Source: a virus. From it: 40,374 nt of DNA. Each line of letters opens with the position of its first letter. The stretch's first letter is position 1. Below, piece by piece: positions 1 to 7,040 of this stretch. Position numbers and translations under genes: made by a program. The DNA lies in the IMG/VR virus record IMGVR_UViG_3300045988_084041, positions 1-40,374 of that record. The stretch is one strand, 5' to 3'. The notes below the pieces were generated by a model that was not told the DNA's origin, searched no databases, and worked only from the letters and a program-made list of their open reading frames with translations.

Positions 1-55
1 CCAAAGGCGGTTTGAAAACCATTGCCGCAAGCCTGTTTTTCTCCTCCGCATACGC
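1..55. repeat. Terminal overlap, exact copy of 40320..40374
   Basis: ccaaaggcggtttgaaaaccattgccgcaagcctgtttttctcctccgcatacgc is present at both ends, as read directly. This is typical of a circular contig left untrimmed. Confidence 0.95.
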
Positions 56-757
56 GCGGCATACGGCTCTTGCTTTGCAAAACCCGTCATCACAGTGACG
101 TCCTGCTATACAGTCACCGTCACCGCTGTTCGCAAGTACGGCTTTAGGCTTTAAATCTTCGCCCCACTTAATGAGTTCGTCGCGTGTAAGCGTTTCCGTA
201 TCAATGTTATCAAGTCGTGGTTGGAATATCGTTAAATTGACCTTATGTATGTCGTATAGGTAGTCGTATTCGCTCAATGCTCCTAAGCCATATATTCTAA
301 GCTGACTGTTCTTGTCTGCCGATACCTTTACGCCCTGTCCGTATTTAAGGTCTATTATTTCGATTATTCCGCCGCCGATAATAACGGTGTCGCCTGTACC
401 GAATCCGTCGGGTACCCATTCCGAAAAATCTAAACGGCGTTCAAGATGAATCTGTGCGTCCTTGCATTGATTTTTCACTGCATTGTACCGCTCTAATACA
501 AAATCACGATAACTGTCCGTGTATTCTTCCATATCTTCGGTTATATCAAGCGAACGTATCATTTTATGATACTGCACGCGTGTTATGTGGTTTAAAGCTA
601 ATTTCAGCTTTGCCTCACCCAATGAATGTGCGGTAGTCCCCTCTTTTGCATATTCACTGCTTTCGTCGGGGAATTTGCTTTCCATTGCGATTGACGCAGG
701 GCAGTTTATCCACTTCTTTGACCCCGACGCTGAAAGTTTTGCGTGTTCTTCCGGCAT
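1..757 (-). CDS. PD-(D/E)XK / Cas4-like exonuclease (DUF2800-type), N-terminal part; the gene wraps the junction and ends at 39913
   Basis: This ORF is not in the supplied track because it runs off the edge. My translation from the ATG at 757 (TAATG overlap with the upstream stop) reads MPEEHAKLSASGSKKWINCPASIAMESKF...GTGDTVIIGGGIIEIIDLKYGQG...HCDDGFCKARAVCRAYAEEKNRLAAMVFKPPL. It is open to base 1 and in frame with ORF 39913..40341 through the 55-bp overlap. It shows a D...(D/E)xK-like motif (IDLKYG) and a Cas4-like Cys cluster. Total length is 1164 nt, or 387 aa. Confidence 0.8.
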   Translation of the reverse strand, partial: MPEEHAKLSASGSKKWINCPASIAMESKFPDESSEYAKEGTTAHSLGEAKLKLALNHITRVQYHKMIRSLDITEDMEEYTDSYRDFVLERYNAVKNQCKDAQIHLERRLDFSEWVPDGFGTGDTVIIGGGIIEIIDLKYGQGVKVSADKNSQLRIYGLGALSEYDYLYDIHKVNLTIFQPRLDNIDTETLTRDELIKWGEDLKPKAVLANSGDGDCIAGRHCDDGFCKARAVCRAYAEEKNRLAAMVFKPPL

Positions 758-1176
758 TACTTCACATCTCCTATTCTTGTCATCGCCTCTGTGTATCGCT
801 CAGGCGGTATTTCCGTTACTTTGTCGTAACCCATTTCTTGAAGCAGTCCCTTGGCCTTATCTCTGCCCTGCGACTTCGCATATTCACCGAATGCCTTGCG
901 TACTTCTTCTATTGTGTATTCGGTTGTTGTTACTTCTGCGTTTTTATCCTCTGTCGGAGTATTGTCTGCCAGTACTTCGGCGGTATTATCCTCTGCCGGC
1001 GTATCGTCTGACGTCTGTTCCTCTCTTACAACGTTCGCCGATTTCTCAACTTCCGCCTTTGTCATCTCCACAGGTCCCGTCTTTTTGTTGAGTACCGAAC
1101 ATAATCCGTACATTCGGTCGAATACTTCCTTGTTACCCTCAAAATCTCTCTGTTCAAGCTTAATTACAATTTGCAT
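757..1176 (-). CDS. Hypothetical early protein, acidic central region (139 aa)
   Basis: ORF track entry. RBS GAAAGGA lies upstream of the ATG. The stop overlaps the next start (TAATG). There is an internal near-duplicate, TPAEDNTAEV / TPTEDKNAEV. Confidence 0.65.
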   Translation of the reverse strand: MQIVIKLEQRDFEGNKEVFDRMYGLCSVLNKKTGPVEMTKAEVEKSANVVREEQTSDDTPAEDNTAEVLADNTPTEDKNAEVTTTEYTIEEVRKAFGEYAKSQGRDKAKGLLQEMGYDKVTEIPPERYTEAMTRIGDVK

Positions 1177-1233
1177 TGATTTTTATTCCTTTCTGTGATA
1201 TAATGTTTGTATAGATTAATAATCTATGTGCTT

Positions 1234-1383
1234 TTATTTGACCGTTATTGAGTTGCCGCTCTGACGGTCATTTTTATTGCGACTAAGTACCATCGCATTT
1301 ACGAAAACACCTACCAAATGCTTTTCATTCGGTGTTAAATCGCTATACAATTTCAGTATTTCCGCCGTTTTCTCATCTGCCAC
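1234..1383 (-). CDS. Small hypothetical early protein (49 aa), GTG start
   Basis: Below the track's length cutoff. GGAGGTG, then 6 nt, then GTG at 1383, directly after the stop of the upstream gene. Translation: MADEKTAEILKLYSDLTPNEKHLVGVFVNAMVLSRNKNDRQSGNSITVK. Confidence 0.45.
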   Translation of the reverse strand: MADEKTAEILKLYSDLTPNEKHLVGVFVNAMVLSRNKNDRQSGNSITVK

Positions 1384-1395
1384 TCTTCTCACCTC

Positions 1396-1677
1396 CTAAT
1401 TCTGATATTTTATAGGTTGTCTGTATGCTAAAACTATTCCCCAAGATAATCCGTAACTGTACGGATACTGCAATACCTCTTTGAATAGGTCATACCACGC
1501 TTTTTCCTTTTCGTATGCATTGGCTTCTTCTTCCGTAAGTCCGTCGCGTTCATCGTCGCATACTGCGTCATCATCATCTATGCACGCCCAATCATCATCA
1601 ATACAGGCGAAGTCGTCATCACGACAAGCAAAGTCATCGTCTATGCACGCCAAATCGTCAAATTCGTATTTCGTCAT
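1396..1677 (-). CDS. Acidic Cys-containing heptad-repeat protein (93 aa), function unknown
   Basis: ORF track entry. The N-terminal half is DDLACID-DDFACRD-DDFACID-DDWACID-DDDAVCDDE, encoded by imperfect 21-nt tandem repeats at about 1545-1665. Confidence 0.7.
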   Translation of the reverse strand: MTKYEFDDLACIDDDFACRDDDFACIDDDWACIDDDDAVCDDERDGLTEEEANAYEKEKAWYDLFKEVLQYPYSYGLSWGIVLAYRQPIKYQN

Positions 1678-1682
1678 AGCTT

Positions 1683-1853
1683 TTAGTTATCTCCGCTGAT
1701 AATCTTCGCAACACTCACTTCAAGCGGGTGCTTTGCTTTAATGCGGTTTGTTATGCCGTATCCTTTTGATATGTACGCCTTAATCGACTTGTTGTCATCG
1801 GCATTTAAAACCACAACATCATCTCTTCCCGTCATTACTACATATTTGTTCAT
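1683..1853 (-). CDS. Small hypothetical early protein (56 aa)
   Basis: My translation: MNKYVVMTGRDDVVVLNADDNKSIKAYISKGYGITNRIKAKHPLEVSVAKIISGDN. AAAGGAA lies 9 nt upstream of the ATG. The stop is 5 nt before the next gene's ATG. Confidence 0.45.
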   Translation of the reverse strand: MNKYVVMTGRDDVVVLNADDNKSIKAYISKGYGITNRIKAKHPLEVSVAKIISGDN

Positions 1854-1995
1854 TTGAAAATATTCCTTTCACTATAATATTTTGCTTAGGGTGTTCCTTG
1901 CTCTCTTTGGCAAATGCGTTAATCATCGGAAATACTTCTCTGTGAAAATATTCTTCCGTTTTCTCATTCTCTGTTTTTGGTTTTCTTTTTAGCAT
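1819..1995 (-). CDS. Small hypothetical early protein (58 aa); overlaps both neighbours
   Basis: My translation: MLKRKPKTENEKTEEYFHREVFPMINAFAKESKEHPKQNIIVKGIFSNEQICSNDGKR. AAGGGA lies 8 nt upstream of the ATG. The 32-35 nt overlaps with adjacent ORFs lower confidence. Confidence 0.3.
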   Translation of the reverse strand: MLKRKPKTENEKTEEYFHREVFPMINAFAKESKEHPKQNIIVKGIFSNEQICSNDGKR

Positions 1996-2077
1996 TCTTC
2001 CTGTCCCTTTCTGCCAATTTCCAACTTATGATTAGTCCGATACCGAAACTTATCAGTGCAATTCCTATTGTATTCAT
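1964..2077 (-). CDS. Small single-pass membrane peptide (37 aa)
   Basis: My translation: MNTIGIALISFGIGLIISWKLAERDRKNAKKKTKNRE, a hydrophobic helix followed by a basic tail. AGAGAGG lies 8 nt upstream of the ATG at 2077. Confidence 0.45.
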   Translation of the reverse strand: MNTIGIALISFGIGLIISWKLAERDRKNAKKKTKNRE

Positions 2078-2124
2078 TTGTTTTACCTCTCTTTATCCTG
2101 TGAGCTTGTCCTATCGTCGGAGCA

Positions 2125-2358
2125 TTAAGCTCCTTTTTCTTTGTTTGCTTGAATATCATTGTACTCGTCAACCATCTTCTGCGACGGCTCAACCGTTACA
2201 TTGCCATACCCAAGCATATGATACATATTTTCTATATGAGGTTTCCAATGCTGAAACTGTTCATAAGCGGGTCTGTCTTTCCAACTGCCTACCACTTCAA
2301 CGTGTACTTTAGGTTGCTTTCTCGGCTTTCTTGCCTTTTTGGTCTTTTCCGCCTCCAT
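2125..2358 (-). CDS. Hypothetical early protein (77 aa)
   Basis: This is the track ORF 2125..2502 trimmed to the ATG at 2358, which has the strong RBS AGGAGGTGGAG. The longer form would overlap the antirepressor by 88 nt. Confidence 0.55.
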   Translation of the reverse strand: MEAEKTKKARKPRKQPKVHVEVVGSWKDRPAYEQFQHWKPHIENMYHMLGYGNVTVEPSQKMVDEYNDIQANKEKGA

Positions 2359-2414
2359 AATCTCCACCTCCTGCTTTAATCTATGTATTTCATTTTTTGT
2401 CCTATTACTTTGTA

Positions 2415-3203
2415 CTAAGCGATCTGCTCCTGTTCCATTATCGGAAGTATACCCTCGCTCTTTAACAATGCATAAATAAACAATCTGCCTTTTTGTGTCC
2501 AATACGTATTTACTTTAGAATGTTGCTTGCCGTCATTTCCGTTTACAGTATGCGTCTTTGTACTTGTATAACCTTTTTCAGCATATTCCTTATACAATAG
2601 CCATATCCCGCCTTGCTTAAACTGTATCTTGTGTTCTTTTAAGAAATTGTTTAACCATTTTGCCGACTTACCGTAATCCTTTGCTATTACAGTGACAGAT
2701 AATAAATCGGGGCAATTTAAAACTAAATCATAATATGACGCCTTTGGTTGAAGTTCCATAATCTGCTGTTCTTGAACTTTAACAGTAGTGTTTAGTTTCT
2801 TATTTTTCTCTCGTTCCAATTTTAATGCCGTAAACGCCTGTATAGCCAAATCGGGATTTTCCAATAGTTCTTCGGTCGCATACATTCCTGTTTTGCGTAT
2901 CGCCGGTAATACATCAGCCGTAACCCAATGCTTAAACTTCTTCGCATTCGGCATTTTGCTTGATAAGATAAGACTGTACAAACCCGATTCGTTTATAATG
3001 ATTGTTTCTTTATTCTGATTACCGTCAAAAAGCATGACCTTATGTCTATCTTCTTCATCTACATGGCGGTTAATATCTCGACTACCGTTTTGGTACTCGA
3101 GGATTTCCGCTACATCCTTACCGACAAACATAATCTCTCCGTTTACTGTTGTTGTTCTTACAGAGCCAAACTCTGCATTTTCAAATACCTTTAATTCTTC
3201 CAT
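2415..3203 (-). CDS. Phage antirepressor (Bro-N domain + KilAC-type C-terminal domain)
   Basis: The N-terminus, MEELKVFENAEFGSVRTTTVNGEIMFVGKDVAEILEY, is the typical Bro-N/ANT signature. The gene sits directly downstream of the cro-like gene. Confidence 0.8.
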   Translation of the reverse strand: MEELKVFENAEFGSVRTTTVNGEIMFVGKDVAEILEYQNGSRDINRHVDEEDRHKVMLFDGNQNKETIIINESGLYSLILSSKMPNAKKFKHWVTADVLPAIRKTGMYATEELLENPDLAIQAFTALKLEREKNKKLNTTVKVQEQQIMELQPKASYYDLVLNCPDLLSVTVIAKDYGKSAKWLNNFLKEHKIQFKQGGIWLLYKEYAEKGYTSTKTHTVNGNDGKQHSKVNTYWTQKGRLFIYALLKSEGILPIMEQEQIA

Positions 3204-3220
3204 AACTTTAATTTTCCTTT

Positions 3221-3236
3221 CTTGCGTTTTCGTAAG
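3221..3236. promoter_or_regulatory. Operator-like imperfect palindrome CTTGCG-TTTT-CGTAAG
   Basis: It belongs to the same motif family as 3462-3477 and 3549-3564. It lies between the cro-like stop and the antirepressor start. Confidence 0.45.
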
Positions 3237-3446
3237 TTAGATTCCAAAAAAAATTGAATCTCGTTCTTGTTCGTCAAGATTTAATCGTTTAGTTAAAATT
3301 TTAATCTCTGCTCTCGAAAAATCACCATTTCGTGATATTTTTCGATAAAGAGTAGATAAATTAATATCTAACCATTCTGCTACATCTTGCATAGAATAAC
3401 CTCTTGCCACTACAGTACCCTTTAATAACTCTTTTTTAAATTCCAT
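3237..3446 (-). CDS. Cro-like HTH transcriptional regulator (69 aa)
   Basis: Translation: MEFKKELLKGTVVARGYSMQDVAEWLDINLSTLYRKISRNGDFSRAEI... The gene is divergent from the XRE repressor. The start was moved to the ATG at 3446 because the track's upstream ATG lies inside the operator palindrome. Confidence 0.7.
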   Translation of the reverse strand: MEFKKELLKGTVVARGYSMQDVAEWLDINLSTLYRKISRNGDFSRAEIKILTKRLNLDEQERDSIFFGI

Positions 3447-3461
3447 TATATCACCCACTTT

Positions 3462-3477
3462 CTTGCGTTTCCGCAAG
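3462..3477. promoter_or_regulatory. Operator: perfect palindrome CTTGCG-TTTC-CGCAAG
   Basis: Read directly. It sits immediately downstream of the -10 of the leftward promoter. Confidence 0.6.
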
Positions 3478-3480
3478 TAT

Positions 3481-3509
3481 AGAATAGCACATTAAACATT
3501 CTTTGTCAA
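3481..3509 (-). promoter_or_regulatory. Leftward early promoter (cro-like/antirepressor operon)
   Basis: On the minus strand: TTGACA (3509-3504), a 17-nt spacer, then TGcTATTCT (extended -10, 3486-3481). Confidence 0.6.
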
Positions 3510-3548
3510 TACTTTTTCGCAAGTTTTTTATACTTTTTTGAATATTTT

Positions 3549-3578
3549 CTTGCATTATTGCAAGTGGCGTGCTATAAT
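3549..3578 (+). promoter_or_regulatory. Rightward repressor promoter overlapped by operator CTTGCA-TTAT-TGCAAG
   Basis: TTGCAT (3550-3555), a 17-nt spacer, then TATAAT (3573-3578) preceded by TGc. The perfect palindrome at 3549-3564 covers the -35. Confidence 0.65.
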
Positions 3579-3601
3579 ATCTTTAAAGGGAGGTTTTTAA
3601 T

Positions 3602-3946
3602 ATGGCATTAAAAGATGATTTAAAACAACGACGCATTGAATTAAATCTCACTATGGCAGAAGTAGCAAAAAAAGTTGGAGTAAGTGAAGCGACAATATCA
3701 AGATGGGAAAGCGGAGACATTGCAAATATGCGTAGAGATAAAATTGTTCTACTATCAAAAGCACTTAAAGTTTCTCCATCTTTTATTATGGGATTAGATG
3801 ATAACCAAGAAACAGGCAATGAATTAGAGGGCGTATACTTTAGTTTAGCAAAAAATGCGCAAGACGAGGGTATTGACCCCGATGATATATTAACGGCTAT
3901 TGAGATGCTAAAAAAGCTAAAGTCAAAAAGAAAGGAAAATGAATAA
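3602..3946 (+). CDS. XRE-family (CI-like) repressor
   Basis: HTH_3 signature LTMAEVAKKVGVSEATISRWESG. RBS AAGGGAGG. Followed directly by an ImmA-type protease gene. Confidence 0.85.
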   Translation: MALKDDLKQRRIELNLTMAEVAKKVGVSEATISRWESGDIANMRRDKIVLLSKALKVSPSFIMGLDDNQETGNELEGVYFSLAKNAQDEGIDPDDILTAIEMLKKLKSKRKENE

Positions 3947-4633
3947 GTGCTATATCTGTCAAAAAAAGATTTATACGAACGTGTAGAAAGATTTAGAAGA
4001 TTAATAGGCATTAATGATTCTGCTTACCCTTTAGATATATTTGATTTATGTCAAAATAAACTGTCAAATATTGCAATAGGCAAAGTAAACTTTAAAACTA
4101 ATGATTTAAGAGGTATGGCATTTATATCTAACAACCTTCAACGCGAAAATCATGTAATTCTAGTAAATGCAAATAAAACACAAGCAGAAATAAATTATCA
4201 TGGTACACATGAACTTATGCATATAGCAATTCAAAATAATTCAGGTGTTCAAGCATTTAAGTGTTATGATAAAGTTAAACCAACACAAGATTTTTACACT
4301 GAATGGCAAGCTAATGAGGGAGCCGCAGAATTTTTAGTTCCTTATAAACTATTACTACCGCTTATAAAAGAGAATTACAATAAACTGCAAGAAGATTTTG
4401 GTACATACTATTTTTCTGAAAACTGTTCTCTTCTATTTGGAGTTTCGAGAGTGGTTATGCAAAATCGCCTAAATGCCTTAAGTTATGAAATAGAACAATA
4501 CTTAAATGGTACATCATTAGACAGTATAAGAATATTATCTAATTCGCAACAAAAGCGAGAAGGAATAAATACATTATCATTAAATCAGCTTGAAGATATT
4601 AGACTCATGCAATCGATTGAAAATTTTAAATAG
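3947..4633 (+). CDS. ImmA/IrrE-family zinc metallopeptidase
   Basis: HEXXH motif (THELMHIA). The position immediately after the XRE repressor is the canonical ImmR/ImmA pairing. GTG start abuts the repressor stop. Confidence 0.8.
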   Translation: MLYLSKKDLYERVERFRRLIGINDSAYPLDIFDLCQNKLSNIAIGKVNFKTNDLRGMAFISNNLQRENHVILVNANKTQAEINYHGTHELMHIAIQNNSGVQAFKCYDKVKPTQDFYTEWQANEGAAEFLVPYKLLLPLIKENYNKLQEDFGTYYFSENCSLLFGVSRVVMQNRLNALSYEIEQYLNGTSLDSIRILSNSQQKREGINTLSLNQLEDIRLMQSIENFK

Positions 4634-4711
4634 ACTGCATATTCCTAATTGAATTTATACTATAGAGATATTCTTTTATTTATACTATTCAAAAAGAAGG
4701 AAGTGATTATT

Positions 4712-5116
4712 ATGGACATCATTAAATATTACGGCAGTGATGAAACCAAAACAGAGTTTATCAATCACGACAGTGAGCCTTTAATGGCAGTAATTGCACA
4801 CGACCGCTCACACGCTGTTGTTTCATTGCTTGATGAGGGTTGTGAACATCACTTGTTGTTGGCAAAGGCTCTTGACAAATACAATATAGATGAATATTTC
4901 AGAATTATTTTTGATAACGAGGGTGCCGATTGGACCTTTGTATGCCCACCTAATTATAAAAATATAGCTAATAAAGAAAAACGTATAACGGAATTTTTTA
5001 ATGACGGTGTTGACGCTATAACCGAATTTCTGAAACAAATCGGTTATGACGTGCCTATTAACGTACCAAGACGTTATCGCAGACATATGGACTATTTGAA
5101 AAATTCAGATTATTAA
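4712..5116 (+). CDS. Hypothetical lysogeny-module protein (134 aa)
   Basis: Track ORF trimmed to the ATG at 4712, which has AGAAGGAAG about 8 nt upstream. No family recognised. Confidence 0.55.
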   Translation: MDIIKYYGSDETKTEFINHDSEPLMAVIAHDRSHAVVSLLDEGCEHHLLLAKALDKYNIDEYFRIIFDNEGADWTFVCPPNYKNIANKEKRITEFFNDGVDAITEFLKQIGYDVPINVPRRYRRHMDYLKNSDY

Positions 5117-5123
5117 AAAAATC

Positions 5124-5150
5124 CCCTCAACCGCTACCAACAGTTGAGGG
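5124..5150. terminator. GC-rich hairpin CCCTCAAC/GTTGAGGG; the U-tract is only in minus-strand orientation
   Basis: An 8-bp stem with an 11-nt loop. A-runs lie on both sides in plus orientation, so it is a better terminator for leftward transcription. Confidence 0.4.
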
Positions 5151-5309
5151 AAAAAGAATAAAGTGCATTTATACACAATATCCAAACCAATAATATTGTA
5201 TCATAAATGCACTCTGTTTTCAATATAAAAATTAGAGAAAAGGAGTGTTATTTTTGTGCCGTTTTTTAGAAAAACGTGTACTGCATAACACAAGAAAGGG
5301 AGATTTACG

Positions 5310-6788
5310 ATGAATGTAGCTATGTATTTACGAAAATCAAGAGCAGACGAAAACAATCCGCTTGAAACACTTGAACGTCACAAAGAAATTCTTCTTTCTT
5401 ATGCAAAGGACAATAATTTAACGGTCATTGACATATTTGAAGAAGTGATAAGCGGAGGAATGTTATACAACAGAACGGAAATGCTGAAACTACTTGACGC
5501 TATTCCCTCGCACATATATGATGCGGTATTATGTATTGACCTTGACCGTTTAGGGCGCGGAAGTGCCGCAGACAGTGAAAAAATCTTTGACGTTCTTAAA
5601 GAAAACGATGTAAAAATTATTACGCTCAAAAAAATATATGACCTCAACAACGAGTATGACGAAGATTACAGTGAATTTGAAATGTTTATGGCTCGAAAGG
5701 AGCTTAAATTCATCACTCGCAGAATGAACCGCGGACGTATCAAATCAATCAACGACGGTTGCTTTGTGTCGGGTGCTCCGTTTGGTTATCGAAATGCCGT
5801 AATAAATAAAAAGCACACGTTGGAAGTATATGAACCGGAGGCAAAATATGTTCGTATGATATTTGATATGTACGTAAATCAAAGTATGGGTATTACTTCA
5901 ATAAGCCGTCAGCTTGCAAATTTGGGTGTCTTGAGCAAGAAAAATACACCGCTCCACCCCACCACAATCGCCCGTATGCTCCGAAATCATACTTACATAG
6001 GTAAGATAGTGTGGAACAAATCAAAGTCTGTTAAAGGCAAAAATACGCAAGAAAAAACGAGTAAAGATGATTGGTTATATGTTCCCGGACTGCATGAGCC
6101 AATAATTGACGAGGACACGTTCAACAAAGCACAAGATATTATAAATCTGAAATACAAACCGCCTATGCGTACAGGCACGTTGCAAAATCCGTTTGCAGGG
6201 CTTTTAAAGTGTGCTAATTGCGGTCGGGCAATAGTTATCAATACTTCTAACGAAACCGTTGAAAAATACCGTCTTTGCTGTCGTACACTTGGTTGTAATA
6301 AGGCATCTGCATTGAGTATTGTAGAAGATAAAGTATTTGAAGTGCTTACAAAGGAATTTAAAGATATTGAATTGTCTTTGAAAAATATCCGTCAATCGCA
6401 TAATAAAGATAAACTTTCCTGCCTTGATACAATAGCCACTTTGGAAACAGAATTAAAAAAACTTGATAAACAACAACTCCGTCTGTATGACTTGCTCGAA
6501 CAGGAAGTCTATACAAAAGAACTTTTCCTTGAACGCAATAACGCAATTTCAGATAGAAGAAAAAAAATTAATGCCACGATAGCACAGGAACGTGAAAAAT
6601 TTAAACTTGTGGATACATCTTCCGTCGAAGAACGACTTCCCCTTTTGCGTGAACTTCTCACTAATTACCACTCTCTTTCAGCCGCCGAAAAAAATTCCAT
6701 TCTTAAAAATTTCGTAAAAAAAATTGAATATAAACGTGAAAAATCCGCTCCCAAGGGCGATATTTTCTTGAAAATCTATTATAAATAA
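5310..6788 (+). CDS. int: Large serine recombinase (phage integrase)
   Basis: N-terminal resolvase-type catalytic region (MNVAMYLRKSRADE...DRLGR), a recombinase domain, a Cys-rich zinc ribbon (CANCGRAIV...CCRTLGC) and a C-terminal coiled coil. Length 492 aa. Confidence 0.9.
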   Translation: MNVAMYLRKSRADENNPLETLERHKEILLSYAKDNNLTVIDIFEEVISGGMLYNRTEMLKLLDAIPSHIYDAVLCIDLDRLGRGSAADSEKIFDVLKENDVKIITLKKIYDLNNEYDEDYSEFEMFMARKELKFITRRMNRGRIKSINDGCFVSGAPFGYRNAVINKKHTLEVYEPEAKYVRMIFDMYVNQSMGITSISRQLANLGVLSKKNTPLHPTTIARMLRNHTYIGKIVWNKSKSVKGKNTQEKTSKDDWLYVPGLHEPIIDEDTFNKAQDIINLKYKPPMRTGTLQNPFAGLLKCANCGRAIVINTSNETVEKYRLCCRTLGCNKASALSIVEDKVFEVLTKEFKDIELSLKNIRQSHNKDKLSCLDTIATLETELKKLDKQQLRLYDLLEQEVYTKELFLERNNAISDRRKKINATIAQEREKFKLVDTSSVEERLPLLRELLTNYHSLSAAEKNSILKNFVKKIEYKREKSAPKGDIFLKIYYK

Positions 6789-6853
6789 CTTTTTACCCAC
6801 CTTATGTATCTTGTTGCCATAGCTGTATGGATAACAACAAGATACCCAACCAA

Positions 6854-6884
6854 AAAGAACATAAGCATTTTGCCTATGTTCTTT
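6854..6884. terminator. Hairpin AAAGAACATA/TATGTTCTTT, roughly bidirectional terminator between int and the GHKL-like gene
   Basis: A 10-bp stem with an 11-nt loop. It is followed by a T-run in minus orientation and by TCTTAATT in plus orientation. Confidence 0.55.
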
Positions 6885-7040
6885 CTTAATTATATAAGGT
6901 TTTTAATATATTTTTTAGAAGGATATTCAATTTATTTTAATATTCAAATCTTTTAGCCGGATATGTTTTTAATAAATCCATATCTCGACCTGAAATTGTA
7001 CAATCTTCTTTAGGGGTTTTCCAATAGTAATCGAAATATT

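Noticed and set aside
454-1091. Plus-strand track ORFs 454..636, 585..1091 and 646..1011
   Set aside because: They lie antisense to the wrap-around nuclease gene (1..757) and to the 757..1176 gene. They have Leu/Ser/Cys/Phe-rich shadow-ORF composition and no RBS.
1211-1227. Perfect AT-only palindrome ATAGATTA-A-TAATCTAT between two early genes
   Set aside because: It is too short and AT-rich to be a stable terminator. It is a single copy with no related sites elsewhere, so it could be chance in AT-rich intergenic DNA.
3583-4011. Minus-strand 142-aa ORF overlapping the repressor and ImmA genes
   Set aside because: It is antisense to two genes with strong family motifs (HTH_3 and HEXXH). Its product is low-complexity and Ser/Phe-rich.
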